Of a stretch of DNA of 24,000 nucleotides, positions 7,859 to 16,213 are shown piece by piece (position 1 is the first letter of the stretch; every line of letters begins with the position of its first letter). The notes beneath the pieces are model-generated. The model was given only the letters and a program-made list of their open reading frames with translations, did not search any database and had not been told where the DNA came from. The stretch spans positions 10,565-34,564 of the forward strand of contig NZ_JAXDSS010000069.1 in NCBI RefSeq assembly GCF_034090345.1. Direction: 5' to 3'. Source of the DNA: Peptoniphilus sp. (GTDB taxonomy: Bacteria > Bacillota > Clostridia > Tissierellales > Peptoniphilaceae). The position numbers were made by a program, and so were the translations under genes.

Positions 7859-8285
7859 ATTAGTTATGGTTGTTGGAATATCATTGATTTTATTTTCTTT
7901 ACTAACCACGATGGTCAGTCATTTAGTGATGGTAACTAAGAAGGTTAGCATTGAAGAAGATATTGCGAGTGAATTATATTTTTTTGAAAATTACATAAGA
8001 GATGAAATATTAAATGCACAGAAAATAAAACAAGACGGGTCAACTGGATTTAAAATAGTAAATACTGAGAGAGTTAATAAAGAAATTGTACAAAAGACTA
8101 TTCATTTCGAATTGAAAAATAAAAACATACGCAGAGTAACTAGTGGAAAAGAAGGTAATAATCCATTGATATCAAAAGTTGAAGTTTTCGATGTTAAATG
8201 TACAGATGATTATATAAAAATAGATATGGAAATGATTAATGGAAAGAAGAGAGAAATATTAGTGGCGATAAGAAATAAGGGATAG
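7815..8285 (+). CDS. Prepilin-type minor pilin, PilW/GspJ/ComGF-like
   Basis: GGAGA RBS 5 nt before ATG 7815, so the ORF-track TTG at 7803 is less likely. Signal MSLKSWSKKG|FTLIELVMVVGISL. Overlaps the previous pilin gene by 44 nt in another frame. Confidence 0.75.
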   Translation: MSLKSWSKKGFTLIELVMVVGISLILFSLLTTMVSHLVMVTKKVSIEEDIASELYFFENYIRDEILNAQKIKQDGSTGFKIVNTERVNKEIVQKTIHFELKNKNIRRVTSGKEGNNPLISKVEVFDVKCTDDYIKIDMEMINGKKREILVAIRNKG

Positions 8286-8288
8286 ATT

Positions 8289-9194
8289 ATGAAAAGAGGA
8301 TATGCAATTGTAGTTACGGTATTAATAATGAGTTTAGGGCTTATTTCGATTAGCTTTCTTTTGAACTCTATTTTTAAAAGTGCTTTAGTACAAAAAAATT
8401 CTATTGATTCTATACAAGTAGACTACAATGTAGAATCTGCAATTGAAATGATTACATCTGCAGAAAATTTTGAAATACTGATAAAGAATTTATATGAAAA
8501 CAAAAAATATATAGATAAAGTGGAAATATTTGGCAGTGAGGTTGATGTAATAGGTGTTATGGTTGGGAATAGGCCTCCGAATTTTGAAATAAAAGCTGAA
8601 ATATGTAATAAAAATATAAAGTCTAATTGGTATGCTTATGGGAATATAGTAAATGAGATATACACAACAGGGCGTAGCATTGTAAGTCCTAGAACTTGTA
8701 ATGTGAATGGAAAAGTTAGTATAGATGAACTTCAAAAAATGAAAAGTAATATAGGCACTGGAAATACTAAAAATATAATTCTACCCTCCGAAGATATATA
8801 TTTGCATAAAGAAGGGAGCTCGATAGTATTTTTTAAAGATAGCGAACTTAAAGAAAGAGTTGATACTGTCTCTTCTTTTGATAGATTTTATTTGGAACAA
8901 AATGATGGGAATTTAATTGTATTAAGTGATATTAAAGCTATGGCTTTATTTAATGTTGAAAATATAATTTTGGGAGCAAACATAAAAATAAACGGAATTT
9001 TGAATTTAAAAAGTGACATTCAATCGTTGGGGGATTATAATATAGAAGTTGATGGATTAACACTGAATTATGACCAAGTATCTGAAAATTACATAGTTGC
9101 AAATTATAATTATGATAAATTGCACATGTTTCACAAAAATTTTAAAGATTTTATTAAACCTACAGTTAAATATACATCTAAAGAAAAGAAGTAA
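8289..9194 (+). CDS. Large pilin-like protein lacking Glu+5 (PilX/GspK/ComGG-like tip-subunit candidate)
   Basis: MKRG|YAIVVTVLIMSLGLISISFLL: basic N-terminus, Gly, then a hydrophobic helix with Val at +5. This is characteristic of GspK/PilX/ComGG-type subunits. 301 aa and last in the pilin set. Confidence 0.5.
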   Translation: MKRGYAIVVTVLIMSLGLISISFLLNSIFKSALVQKNSIDSIQVDYNVESAIEMITSAENFEILIKNLYENKKYIDKVEIFGSEVDVIGVMVGNRPPNFEIKAEICNKNIKSNWYAYGNIVNEIYTTGRSIVSPRTCNVNGKVSIDELQKMKSNIGTGNTKNIILPSEDIYLHKEGSSIVFFKDSELKERVDTVSSFDRFYLEQNDGNLIVLSDIKAMALFNVENIILGANIKINGILNLKSDIQSLGDYNIEVDGLTLNYDQVSENYIVANYNYDKLHMFHKNFKDFIKPTVKYTSKEKK

Positions 9195-9218
9195 AAGTAT
9201 TTAAATAGATATTTGTAA

Positions 9219-9229
9219 TGTGTTATAAT
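9219..9229 (+). promoter_or_regulatory. Candidate extended -10 promoter (TGTGTTATAAT) upstream of efp
   Basis: TGTGtTATAAT matches the extended -10 consensus. Weak -35 (TTAAAT, 17-nt spacer). Located 32 nt upstream of the efp ATG, whose RBS is AGGAGG. Confidence 0.35.
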
Positions 9230-9260
9230 AAAATGAAGAGAAAATTTAGGAGGTAAATTT

Positions 9261-9818
9261 ATGATATCAGCAGGTGATTTAAGAAAGGGCGTTACGTTTG
9301 TAATGGATGGAGATGTTTATGAAATTATAGATTTCCAACACGTTAAGCCTGGAAAAGGAGCTGCTTTTGTTAGAGTGAAAATTAAATCAGTGCTTACTGG
9401 TGGAGCTAGAGAAACAACTTTTAACCCTTCAGAAAAATTTGAAAAGGCAGTTATAGAAACTAAAGAAATGCAATATCTTTATAGTGATGGAGAACTTTAT
9501 TATTTCATGGATAATGAAACATACGAACAAATTCCATTGGAAAAAGATGTAGTAGAAGATGCTCTTAATTTTATGAGAGAGAATGATGTAGCTGTTATCA
9601 ATTTTTATAAAGGTAAGCCATTTAGAGTTGCACCTGCAAATTTTGTTGAATTAGAAGTAACACAAACTGAGCCAGGTGTAAAAGGAGACACTTCATCAGG
9701 TGGAAATAAACCTGCTACAGTTGAAACAGGATTTACCCTAAATGTTCCACTCTTTGTAAATACAGGCGATGTTATCAGGATTGATACAAGAACAGGGGAG
9801 TACATGTCTAGAGTATAA
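9261..9818 (+). CDS. efp: Elongation factor P
   Basis: 185 aa. [10 protein letters not shown]..., conserved loop [16 protein letters not shown]-terminal [22 protein letters not shown]. Confidence 0.95.
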   Translation: MISAGDLRKGVTFVMDGDVYEIIDFQHVKPGKGAAFVRVKIKSVLTGGARETTFNPSEKFEKAVIETKEMQYLYSDGELYYFMDNETYEQIPLEKDVVEDALNFMRENDVAVINFYKGKPFRVAPANFVELEVTQTEPGVKGDTSSGGNKPATVETGFTLNVPLFVNTGDVIRIDTRTGEYMSRV

Positions 9819-9840
9819 TCTAGAGAATTAGGAGGAAACT

Positions 9841-10149
9841 ATGGAAAACTTAAAAGCAAGAATTGCTTATTTAGAAGGTCTAGCAGATGGATGCGAGATT
9901 GATGAAGCTTCAAAAGAAGGACGTATTTTAGTTGAACTTATCGATGTACTTGGAGATTTAGTTGAAGAAATTCAAAGCCAACAAGAAGATATTGACGAAT
10001 ATCTTGATCTACTAGATGAAGATTTATCAGATCTTGAAGATTATGTATATGACGAAGACGAAGATGATGATTTTGATCTATACGATGAAGATTATGAGGA
10101 TTTATTCTATGATGAATTTGAAGATTCAGATTTAGAAGTAGAAGAATAA
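9841..10149 (+). CDS. Hyper-acidic small protein of the family annotated as CD1247 N-terminal domain-containing (unknown function)
   Basis: AGGAGG RBS 6 nt upstream and a strong terminator 8 nt downstream. N-terminal amphipathic segment NLKARIAYLEGLADG. The C-terminal half is almost entirely D/E/Y/F/L. Position just after efp matches my recollection of this family. Confidence 0.7.
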   Translation: MENLKARIAYLEGLADGCEIDEASKEGRILVELIDVLGDLVEEIQSQQEDIDEYLDLLDEDLSDLEDYVYDEDEDDDFDLYDEDYEDLFYDEFEDSDLEVEE

Positions 10150-10157
10150 ATTTAATT

Positions 10158-10178
10158 GGGCCGAAAGGCCCTTTTTTT
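10158..10178 (+). terminator. Rho-independent terminator of the efp unit
   Basis: GGGCC-GAAA-GGCCC perfect GC stem with a GNRA-type tetraloop, followed by T7. Confidence 0.85.
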
Positions 10179-10203
10179 ATTGCAGAAGCAAATAATTAAA
10201 AAA

Positions 10204-10232
10204 TTGAATACATAGTTTAGATTTGATATAAT
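10204..10232 (+). promoter_or_regulatory. Sigma-A-type promoter for asp23-nusB
   Basis: TTGAAT (-35), exactly 17 nt of spacer, then TATAAT (-10, 10227-10232) with TG at -15/-14 (TGaTATAAT). Lies 29 nt upstream of the GGAGGTG RBS/ATG at 10261. Confidence 0.55.
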
Positions 10233-10260
10233 TAAGTTTACTAAAGCATGGAGGTGCGAA

Positions 10261-10641
10261 ATGTCTGAAAAGTATTTAGTAAATACAGATATATCTGGAG
10301 ATGTAAAAATATCAGAAGATGTTATTGCTACAATTTCAGTTCTTGCTGCTGAATCTGTTGATGGGGTAGCAAAGATGCAGGCTAGTTTAAAATCTTCTGT
10401 TACTGATATACTAGGCGTTAAAAATGTTGGACGTGGAGTTAAAGTGTCCGTTGGAGAACAAGAAGCAGTTATAGATACTTATATAACTGTTGAATATGGC
10501 AGAAATATAGTTGGAATTGCAAAAGTAGTGCAAGAAAAAGTGAAAGAAGCCGTTGAAAATATGACAGGTTTAGAGGTTGTAGAAATCAATGTTCATGTAA
10601 GTGGAATTGCAGTATCGGAAAAAGAGAAAGTAAGAAGTTAA
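10261..10641 (+). CDS. Asp23/Gls24-family envelope stress response (alkaline shock) protein
   Basis: 126 aa. VKISEDVIATISVLAAESVDGVA N-terminal signature and GLEVVEINVHVSGI C-terminal block. Conserved position upstream of nusB. Confidence 0.85.
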   Translation: MSEKYLVNTDISGDVKISEDVIATISVLAAESVDGVAKMQASLKSSVTDILGVKNVGRGVKVSVGEQEAVIDTYITVEYGRNIVGIAKVVQEKVKEAVENMTGLEVVEINVHVSGIAVSEKEKVRS

Positions 10642-11042
10642 TGAGTAGAAAAAAAGCAAGAATAGGTCAAATGCAGTTGTTATATCAAATGGATTTAACT
10701 AATAAATTTGATATAAAAGAAGTTGAATTATTTTTAGATAACTTTTCTTTTAGTGACGATGAAATTGAATATATAAATGTAGCTATTCCGCAACTTATAG
10801 ATAATATAGAAGAAATAGATTCTGTTATAGAGAAAAATCTTGAAAAATGGTCTTTTAAAAGACTAGCTAAGGTCGATAGAGCTATTTTGAGAATTGCGGT
10901 TTTTGAAATGCTTTATAGAGAAGATATCCCGGAAGAAGTATCTATAAACGAAGCTATAGAAATAGCTAAAGTTTATGGAAGTCTAGAATCTCAGAAGTTT
11001 ATTAATGGAATTTTAGGTAGTATTTATAGAAGTATAAATTAA
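10641..11042 (+). CDS. nusB: Transcription antitermination factor NusB
   Basis: SRKKARIGQMQLLYQMD at the N-terminus, RLAKVDRAILRIAVFEMLY, INEAIEIAKVYG, FINGILG. TAATG overlap with the upstream gene. Confidence 0.9.
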   Translation: MSRKKARIGQMQLLYQMDLTNKFDIKEVELFLDNFSFSDDEIEYINVAIPQLIDNIEEIDSVIEKNLEKWSFKRLAKVDRAILRIAVFEMLYREDIPEEVSINEAIEIAKVYGSLESQKFINGILGSIYRSIN

Positions 11043-11065
11043 CCGAGGGGTATCTCTCGGTTTTT
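11042..11065 (+). terminator. Rho-independent terminator after nusB
   Basis: ACCGAGGG-GTAT-CTCTCGGT stem-loop starting at the stop codon, followed by T5. Confidence 0.75.
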
Positions 11066-11119
11066 GTTGTATAAAATAATACAAATAAGATTGGTTTTTC
11101 TTTTTAAGTTGTGGTGAGT

Positions 11120-12682
11120 ATGAAAGCTATAAAGGTCAGAGAATTAAATAAATATATAAAAAAGTATGTGGCTATGGACTATCTTCTCTCTAATATATAT
11201 GTAGAAGGTGAAGTGTCTAATCTAACTAAGCATTCAAATGGCAACTACTATTTAACTTTAAAAGATGAAACTTCATCTATTAGAGCTGTTGTGTACTATA
11301 CAGATGTTGAAAATTTGGAGCATGAGCCTTTTGAAGGTGATTGTGTAATAGCTGGTGGCGCAGTTGCAATATTTGAAAAGGATGCATCTGTAACTTTCTT
11401 TATAAGAAAACTTCGTTCAAAAGGTAGTGGAAATATAAAAGAGGCTTATGAAAGGCTTAAAGAAAAGCTAGAAGCTGAAGGATTATTTGTAAAATCGGGC
11501 AAAAGATTAAAGGCTTTTCCACAAAAGGTAGGGGTTGTAACTTCCAAGACAGGAGCTGCAATACAAGATATAATAAATGTAATTAAAAGAAGAAATTCAG
11601 CGATTGATATCATATTATTTCCAACATTGGTACAAGGTGAAGGAGCCGTTAAAAACATCCTAGAGGGATTAAAATATTTTGAATATTCTGATGTAGATGT
11701 TGTAATAGTTGGTAGAGGCGGAGGTTCTTATGAGGATTTAGTTGCTTTTAATGATGAGGGAATAGCTAGGTATATACATTCAATGAATAAAATTGTAATA
11801 TCAGCAGTAGGGCATGAAATAGACTATGTAATAAGTGATTTTGTTGCTGATTTTAGAGCTCCAACACCATCTTCAGCAGCTGAAATAATATCTTTGTCTA
11901 AGGATGAATTGAAGCAACATTTAGATTTAAGTTTTAATATTATAAAAAATAATATTTTAGAAAAGATAGAAAACAATAAATCTAATTTATTAAGAGAAAA
12001 AACTTACTTATTTGAGAACTGTAGTGAAAGATGCAATTTTGAAAGAAGAGAAATAAACTTTATCAAAAGGATATTAAACTCTAATATTCCAAATATTGAT
12101 AAAAATAAAGAGGATTTGAATGAGAGTTTAATATCTTTAAATAAAAAATTAGATAAAGTTTGTTTTGATAAAAAAAGAGAGTTGTTATTTTCAAGCAATA
12201 TTTTAAAATTTGATGTATTTGAAGCTAGAAAAAATGAATTAAAATTAATAAATAGATATTTTCCAAATCATAGAATAAAAACTTGTATCTATGATGAGCG
12301 ATATAGGTTAAAGTATTTAAAATCTAGAATAGATAGTATAATTTATTCGAATCTTAGATATGAGAGAAAAAATATATTTAATTTAGATTTAATAAATAAG
12401 AAAAACATTTTGTTAAGCAGTATTGAATATAACAAGAAATTTTTAGACAAGTCTAAAGATCAAGTAAATTTGAGAATAGAAGCTAAATTAAATAAGATTA
12501 AAAATGAAGTTTTAAAAAATGGAGAAAGTTTAAGAGATACTAAATTTTCGAATATTTATGCACTAGATGATAATGGTAAGATAATAACTAGTATAAAACA
12601 AGTTAAAAATAATCAGATTATGAGTATAAACTTTAAAGATGGAACAGTTAAATCTAAGATATTTAACATAGAGGAGAAATAG
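11120..12682 (+). CDS. xseA: Exodeoxyribonuclease VII large subunit with an unusually long K/N-rich C-terminal region
   Basis: OB-fold N-terminus (VRELNKYIKKYV..IYVEGEVSN). VGVVTSKTGAAIQDI, GRGGGSYEDL and ISAVGHEIDYVISDFVADFRAPTPSSAAE motifs. ATG 11120 is preferred over the ORF-track GTG 11111. About 250 aa follow the conserved core. Confidence 0.85.
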   Translation: MKAIKVRELNKYIKKYVAMDYLLSNIYVEGEVSNLTKHSNGNYYLTLKDETSSIRAVVYYTDVENLEHEPFEGDCVIAGGAVAIFEKDASVTFFIRKLRSKGSGNIKEAYERLKEKLEAEGLFVKSGKRLKAFPQKVGVVTSKTGAAIQDIINVIKRRNSAIDIILFPTLVQGEGAVKNILEGLKYFEYSDVDVVIVGRGGGSYEDLVAFNDEGIARYIHSMNKIVISAVGHEIDYVISDFVADFRAPTPSSAAEIISLSKDELKQHLDLSFNIIKNNILEKIENNKSNLLREKTYLFENCSERCNFERREINFIKRILNSNIPNIDKNKEDLNESLISLNKKLDKVCFDKKRELLFSSNILKFDVFEARKNELKLINRYFPNHRIKTCIYDERYRLKYLKSRIDSIIYSNLRYERKNIFNLDLINKKNILLSSIEYNKKFLDKSKDQVNLRIEAKLNKIKNEVLKNGESLRDTKFSNIYALDDNGKIITSIKQVKNNQIMSINFKDGTVKSKIFNIEEK

Positions 12683-12683
12683 T

Positions 12684-12902
12684 ATGAATGAAAGTTATGA
12701 AAGTGCATTTCAAAAGCTAAAAACTATAATATCAGAGTTGGAATCGAGAGAGATTACATTGGAAGATTCTATAAATAAATACGAGGAAGGATTAAAGCTT
12801 TATAAATTCTGTTTGAGTAAATTAGACGAATATGAAGGAAGAGTAAAAGTTTTAATGCAAGAAGGAAATGATATAGTAGAGAAGGATTTTGAGAGGAAAT
12901 AA
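12684..12902 (+). CDS. xseB: Exodeoxyribonuclease VII small subunit
   Basis: 72 aa. FQKLKTIISELESREITLEDSINKYEEGLKLYKFC is typical XseB. Begins 1 nt after xseA. Confidence 0.85.
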   Translation: MNESYESAFQKLKTIISELESREITLEDSINKYEEGLKLYKFCLSKLDEYEGRVKVLMQEGNDIVEKDFERK

Positions 12903-13762
12903 TGACAACAAGAGATTACAGTGAAGATATAAAAATAATAGAGAATCATATATTTAAGTATTTTACTTCTATTGACGAATATCAAAAAAAAGTTTATGAG
13001 TCAATGCTCTATTCGCTTTCATCAGGTGGTAAAAGGATAAGACCTTTAATGTCTGTTATGGTTTACAGGGCTATAGTTGGCGAAGACTATGCAAAAATTT
13101 TACCATTTGCAACTGCAATTGAAATGATTCACACATACTCATTGATACATGATGATTTACCTTCAATGGATGATGATAATATTAGAAGAGGAAAACCTAC
13201 TAACCACAAAGTATTTACTGAAGCAATAGCTATTTTGGCTGGAGATGGTTTACTAAACATGGCTGTTGAAGTTCTAGCAAGAGAATTAGAGAGTATTGAA
13301 GACTTAAGTGAATTAAAACGTGCTTTAAGGGCAATGAGATATATGTTCACAGCTTCTGGCGTTCATGGAATGGTAGGTGGACAGGTAATAGATTTAGGAT
13401 TTTCCGAAGTTCGCAATCTAGAGGTATGTGAAACTATGTATAAACTAAAGACGGCTGCTCTTATAAGAGCAGCGGTAGTTTCTAGTGCGATACTTGCAGG
13501 AGCTAGTGACGAGGAAATAGCAGAATTTGAAGAATTTGCAAATTGCTTAGGTATGGCGTATCAGATGAGAGATGACTTATTAGACGCAAAAGATGACATT
13601 GAAAAAGAAAATAACACTATATTAAATTACATTAGTGATAAAGATCTTGAAGAAAAAGTAGATGAGTATAGTGGAAAGGCAATATTAGCTCTTGGAAAGT
13701 TAAAATATAACACTGAAGAATTAGAAGAACTAACTAGAAGTTTAATAAAAAGGAATTATTAA
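12902..13762 (+). CDS. ispA: Polyprenyl synthetase, (2E,6E)-farnesyl diphosphate synthase type
   Basis: First Asp-rich motif SLIHDDLPSMDDDNIRRGKPTNH and second QMRDDLLD. Canonical position after xseB. Confidence 0.85.
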   Translation: MTTRDYSEDIKIIENHIFKYFTSIDEYQKKVYESMLYSLSSGGKRIRPLMSVMVYRAIVGEDYAKILPFATAIEMIHTYSLIHDDLPSMDDDNIRRGKPTNHKVFTEAIAILAGDGLLNMAVEVLARELESIEDLSELKRALRAMRYMFTASGVHGMVGGQVIDLGFSEVRNLEVCETMYKLKTAALIRAAVVSSAILAGASDEEIAEFEEFANCLGMAYQMRDDLLDAKDDIEKENNTILNYISDKDLEEKVDEYSGKAILALGKLKYNTEELEELTRSLIKRNY

Positions 13763-14544
13763 TGGCTAAAGTAAGAGCTGATATTCTACTTTACGAAACT
13801 GGTGGAGCAGAATCTAGAGAAAAAGCTAAAAGATTAATAATGAGTGGAGAAGTTTTTATAAAAACTCAGAGAGTTGAAAAACCCGGACAATTAGTTGATG
13901 AAAACTCTGAAATATATGTTAAGTCTAAAGGACTTAAATATGTTAGCAGAGGTGGGTTTAAATTAGAAAAAGCTATAGAACTTTATTACATCGACCTTAA
14001 AGACTCAATTTGCGCAGATATAGGAGCTTCTACTGGCGGATTTACTCACTGTATGATTTTAAATGGAGCAAAAAAAGTATATGCAATAGATGTTGGTACA
14101 AATCAATTAGACTATAGATTAAGAGTAGATGAACGAGTTGTCAGTATGGAAAAAACCAACTTTAGAACTTTTGATGTCAATTCTATTGAAAAAGTTGATT
14201 TTGTAAGTATTGACGTAAGTTTTATTTCACTAGATTTAATACTGCCAAATGTTTATAAAATTTTGAAAGATGGCGGAGAAGTAGTTGCACTTATAAAGCC
14301 TCAATTTGAAGCTGGAAAAGGTAAGGTTGGGAAAAAAGGCATAGTAAAAGATATCAAAATACATAAAGAAGTAATTGAGAAAGTTATAGAAATTACTAAA
14401 ACTTTAAATTTTAGAATAAAGGGTATAACTACTTCGCCAATTAGAGGTACTACTGGTAATAAAGAGTTTCTAATTTACTTAGAAAAATCATCTGAGCAAA
14501 GTATTTCTTTTAATATTGACGAGGTTGTTAAAGAGGTCGAATGA
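13762..14544 (+). CDS. tlyA: TlyA-family rRNA (cytidine-2'-O)-methyltransferase
   Basis: S4 domain (VRADILLYETG..SREKAKRLIMSGEV), SRGGFKLEKAIE, and the SAM-binding DIGASTGGFT. Confidence 0.85.
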   Translation: MAKVRADILLYETGGAESREKAKRLIMSGEVFIKTQRVEKPGQLVDENSEIYVKSKGLKYVSRGGFKLEKAIELYYIDLKDSICADIGASTGGFTHCMILNGAKKVYAIDVGTNQLDYRLRVDERVVSMEKTNFRTFDVNSIEKVDFVSIDVSFISLDLILPNVYKILKDGGEVVALIKPQFEAGKGKVGKKGIVKDIKIHKEVIEKVIEITKTLNFRIKGITTSPIRGTTGNKEFLIYLEKSSEQSISFNIDEVVKEVE

Positions 14545-14545
14545 T

Positions 14546-16213
14546 ATGTTACTTGAACTGAGTATTAAAAATTTTGCAATAATAGAAGATATTAGAATAG
14601 AGTTTGGGAAAGGCTTAAATGTACTTACAGGGGAAACTGGTTCAGGTAAGTCAATTATAATAGATGCTCTATCCATGGTGCTTGGTCAGAGAACAAATAA
14701 AGATGTAATAAAAAAGGGTAAAGATTATGCTTATGTTGAAGCGATATTTACCTGTTATGAGCCATTAGATAAAATAGAAGAGCTTGATTTTGAATCAGGA
14801 GAACTCATAATTATTTCTAAAGAAATAAAATTAGATAGACCTGCGATTTCGAAAATAAATGGAAGAACTGTAAATAATAATGCCGTTATAAAATTGACAT
14901 CAAAATTGATAGATATATTTGCACAACATGAAAGTGTCTCTTTAATGATAAATGATAACCAAAGAGAACTCTTAGATATCTTTGCAGGTAAAGAACAAGA
15001 AAAACTGATAGAAGAATTCGGTATAGAATTTGAAAACTTGAAACTTCTACAAAAAGAATTAAAAGAAAATTTATTATTAGAAAATAACAGAGAAAGAGAA
15101 ATTGATCTTTTAAACTATCAATTTCGAGAGATAGAAGATGCAAATTTAACAGAATATGATGATGAAGAATTAGAAGAAGAATTTAAAAAATTAGACAATT
15201 CAACTGATATAATAAATGAACTTTCTAAAGTGAGTTTAATTTTAAAAAATTATGATGAAGTATCTATTGAACAACTAATTGATGAAGTAATATCTTCTTT
15301 ATCTCATGTATATAAATTTGATAATTCTATTGAAAGTGAGTACAGAGAGAGTGAAGATTTAAGGTATAGAATTAGAGATTTATCTGACAGATTAGATAGT
15401 TATGCACAAAGAATTGATTTAGACCCTGAAAAATTAGCACATTTGGAAAATAGATTAGACTTAGTAAATAATTTAAAAAAGAAATACGGGAGAACTGTAG
15501 CTGAAATAAAAAATTTTCACAATGATGTAAAAGATAGACTTGAAATTTTAAAAAATTTTGAAGCTAACTTAAAAAAAATGGAATCTAAGATAGTAGAAAC
15601 AGAAAAGAAAGCTACTGAGTTAGCTATTTTAATTTCTGAAAACAGAAAAAAATCTGCAAAAATTTTAGAATCTCAAGTGAGAGATGAATTGATAGAATTA
15701 TCGATAAAAAATGCTGAATTTAGAGTTGATTTTACTACAAAAGAGTTGTCCAAAGATGGAATAGATAAACTTGAATTTATGATAAAGACAAATATTGGAG
15801 AGGATTTTAAACCTTTGTCAAAAACTGCATCAGGTGGAGAAATGAGCAGAATTATGCTAGGTTTTAAATCAATACTGGCTAAAAGAGATAATATACAAAC
15901 TTTGATATTTGATGAAATAGATACGGGTATAAGTGGTAAGACAGCTATGTTAGTGGGTAAGAAAATAAAAAAATTATCTAGAGATAGACAAATTATAGCT
16001 ATATCACATTTACAACAGATAGTGGCTTTAGCTGACAATCATTATTTGATAGAAAAGACATCAAATGGAATGAATACAATTTCAACTGTGAGAAGACTAA
16101 ATAATGAAGAAAAAATTTATGAGTTAGCACGTCTTATAGGTGGATTGGAAATAACGGATATAGCACTCAAGGCTGCTCGTGAACTTATTTCAAAAGGAGA
16201 AATAGATGGATAA
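14546..16213 (+). CDS. recN: DNA repair protein RecN
   Basis: MLLELSIKNFAIIE start with AAGAGG RBS, so the ORF-track start at 14516 inside tlyA is rejected. Walker A LTGETGSGKS, long coiled coil, signature ASGGEMSRIMLG, Walker B LIFDEIDTGISG. Confidence 0.9.
   Translation: MLLELSIKNFAIIEDIRIEFGKGLNVLTGETGSGKSIIIDALSMVLGQRTNKDVIKKGKDYAYVEAIFTCYEPLDKIEELDFESGELIIISKEIKLDRPAISKINGRTVNNNAVIKLTSKLIDIFAQHESVSLMINDNQRELLDIFAGKEQEKLIEEFGIEFENLKLLQKELKENLLLENNREREIDLLNYQFREIEDANLTEYDDEELEEEFKKLDNSTDIINELSKVSLILKNYDEVSIEQLIDEVISSLSHVYKFDNSIESEYRESEDLRYRIRDLSDRLDSYAQRIDLDPEKLAHLENRLDLVNNLKKKYGRTVAEIKNFHNDVKDRLEILKNFEANLKKMESKIVETEKKATELAILISENRKKSAKILESQVRDELIELSIKNAEFRVDFTTKELSKDGIDKLEFMIKTNIGEDFKPLSKTASGGEMSRIMLGFKSILAKRDNIQTLIFDEIDTGISGKTAMLVGKKIKKLSRDRQIIAISHLQQIVALADNHYLIEKTSNGMNTISTVRRLNNEEKIYELARLIGGLEITDIALKAARELISKGEIDG

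Noticed and set aside
9807-9824. TCTAGA-gtataa-TCTAGA palindromic hairpin spanning the efp stop codon
   Set aside because: The stem is only 6 bp and AT-rich, with no T tract. It is probably a chance repeat of a self-complementary hexamer. At most it is a minor intercistronic structure, and I cannot support a function.
3204-14545. Longer N-terminal extensions offered by the ORF track (GTG 3204 for maf, TTG 7803 for the third pilin, GTG 11111 for xseA, ATG 14516 for recN)
   Set aside because: The downstream ATGs (3228, 7815, 11120, 14546) have better-placed RBSs. They also give N-termini matching the family consensus (MNRRIVLASNSPRR, MSLKSWSKKG|FTLIE, MKAIKVRELN, MLLELSIKNF). The extensions would run deep into the preceding genes.
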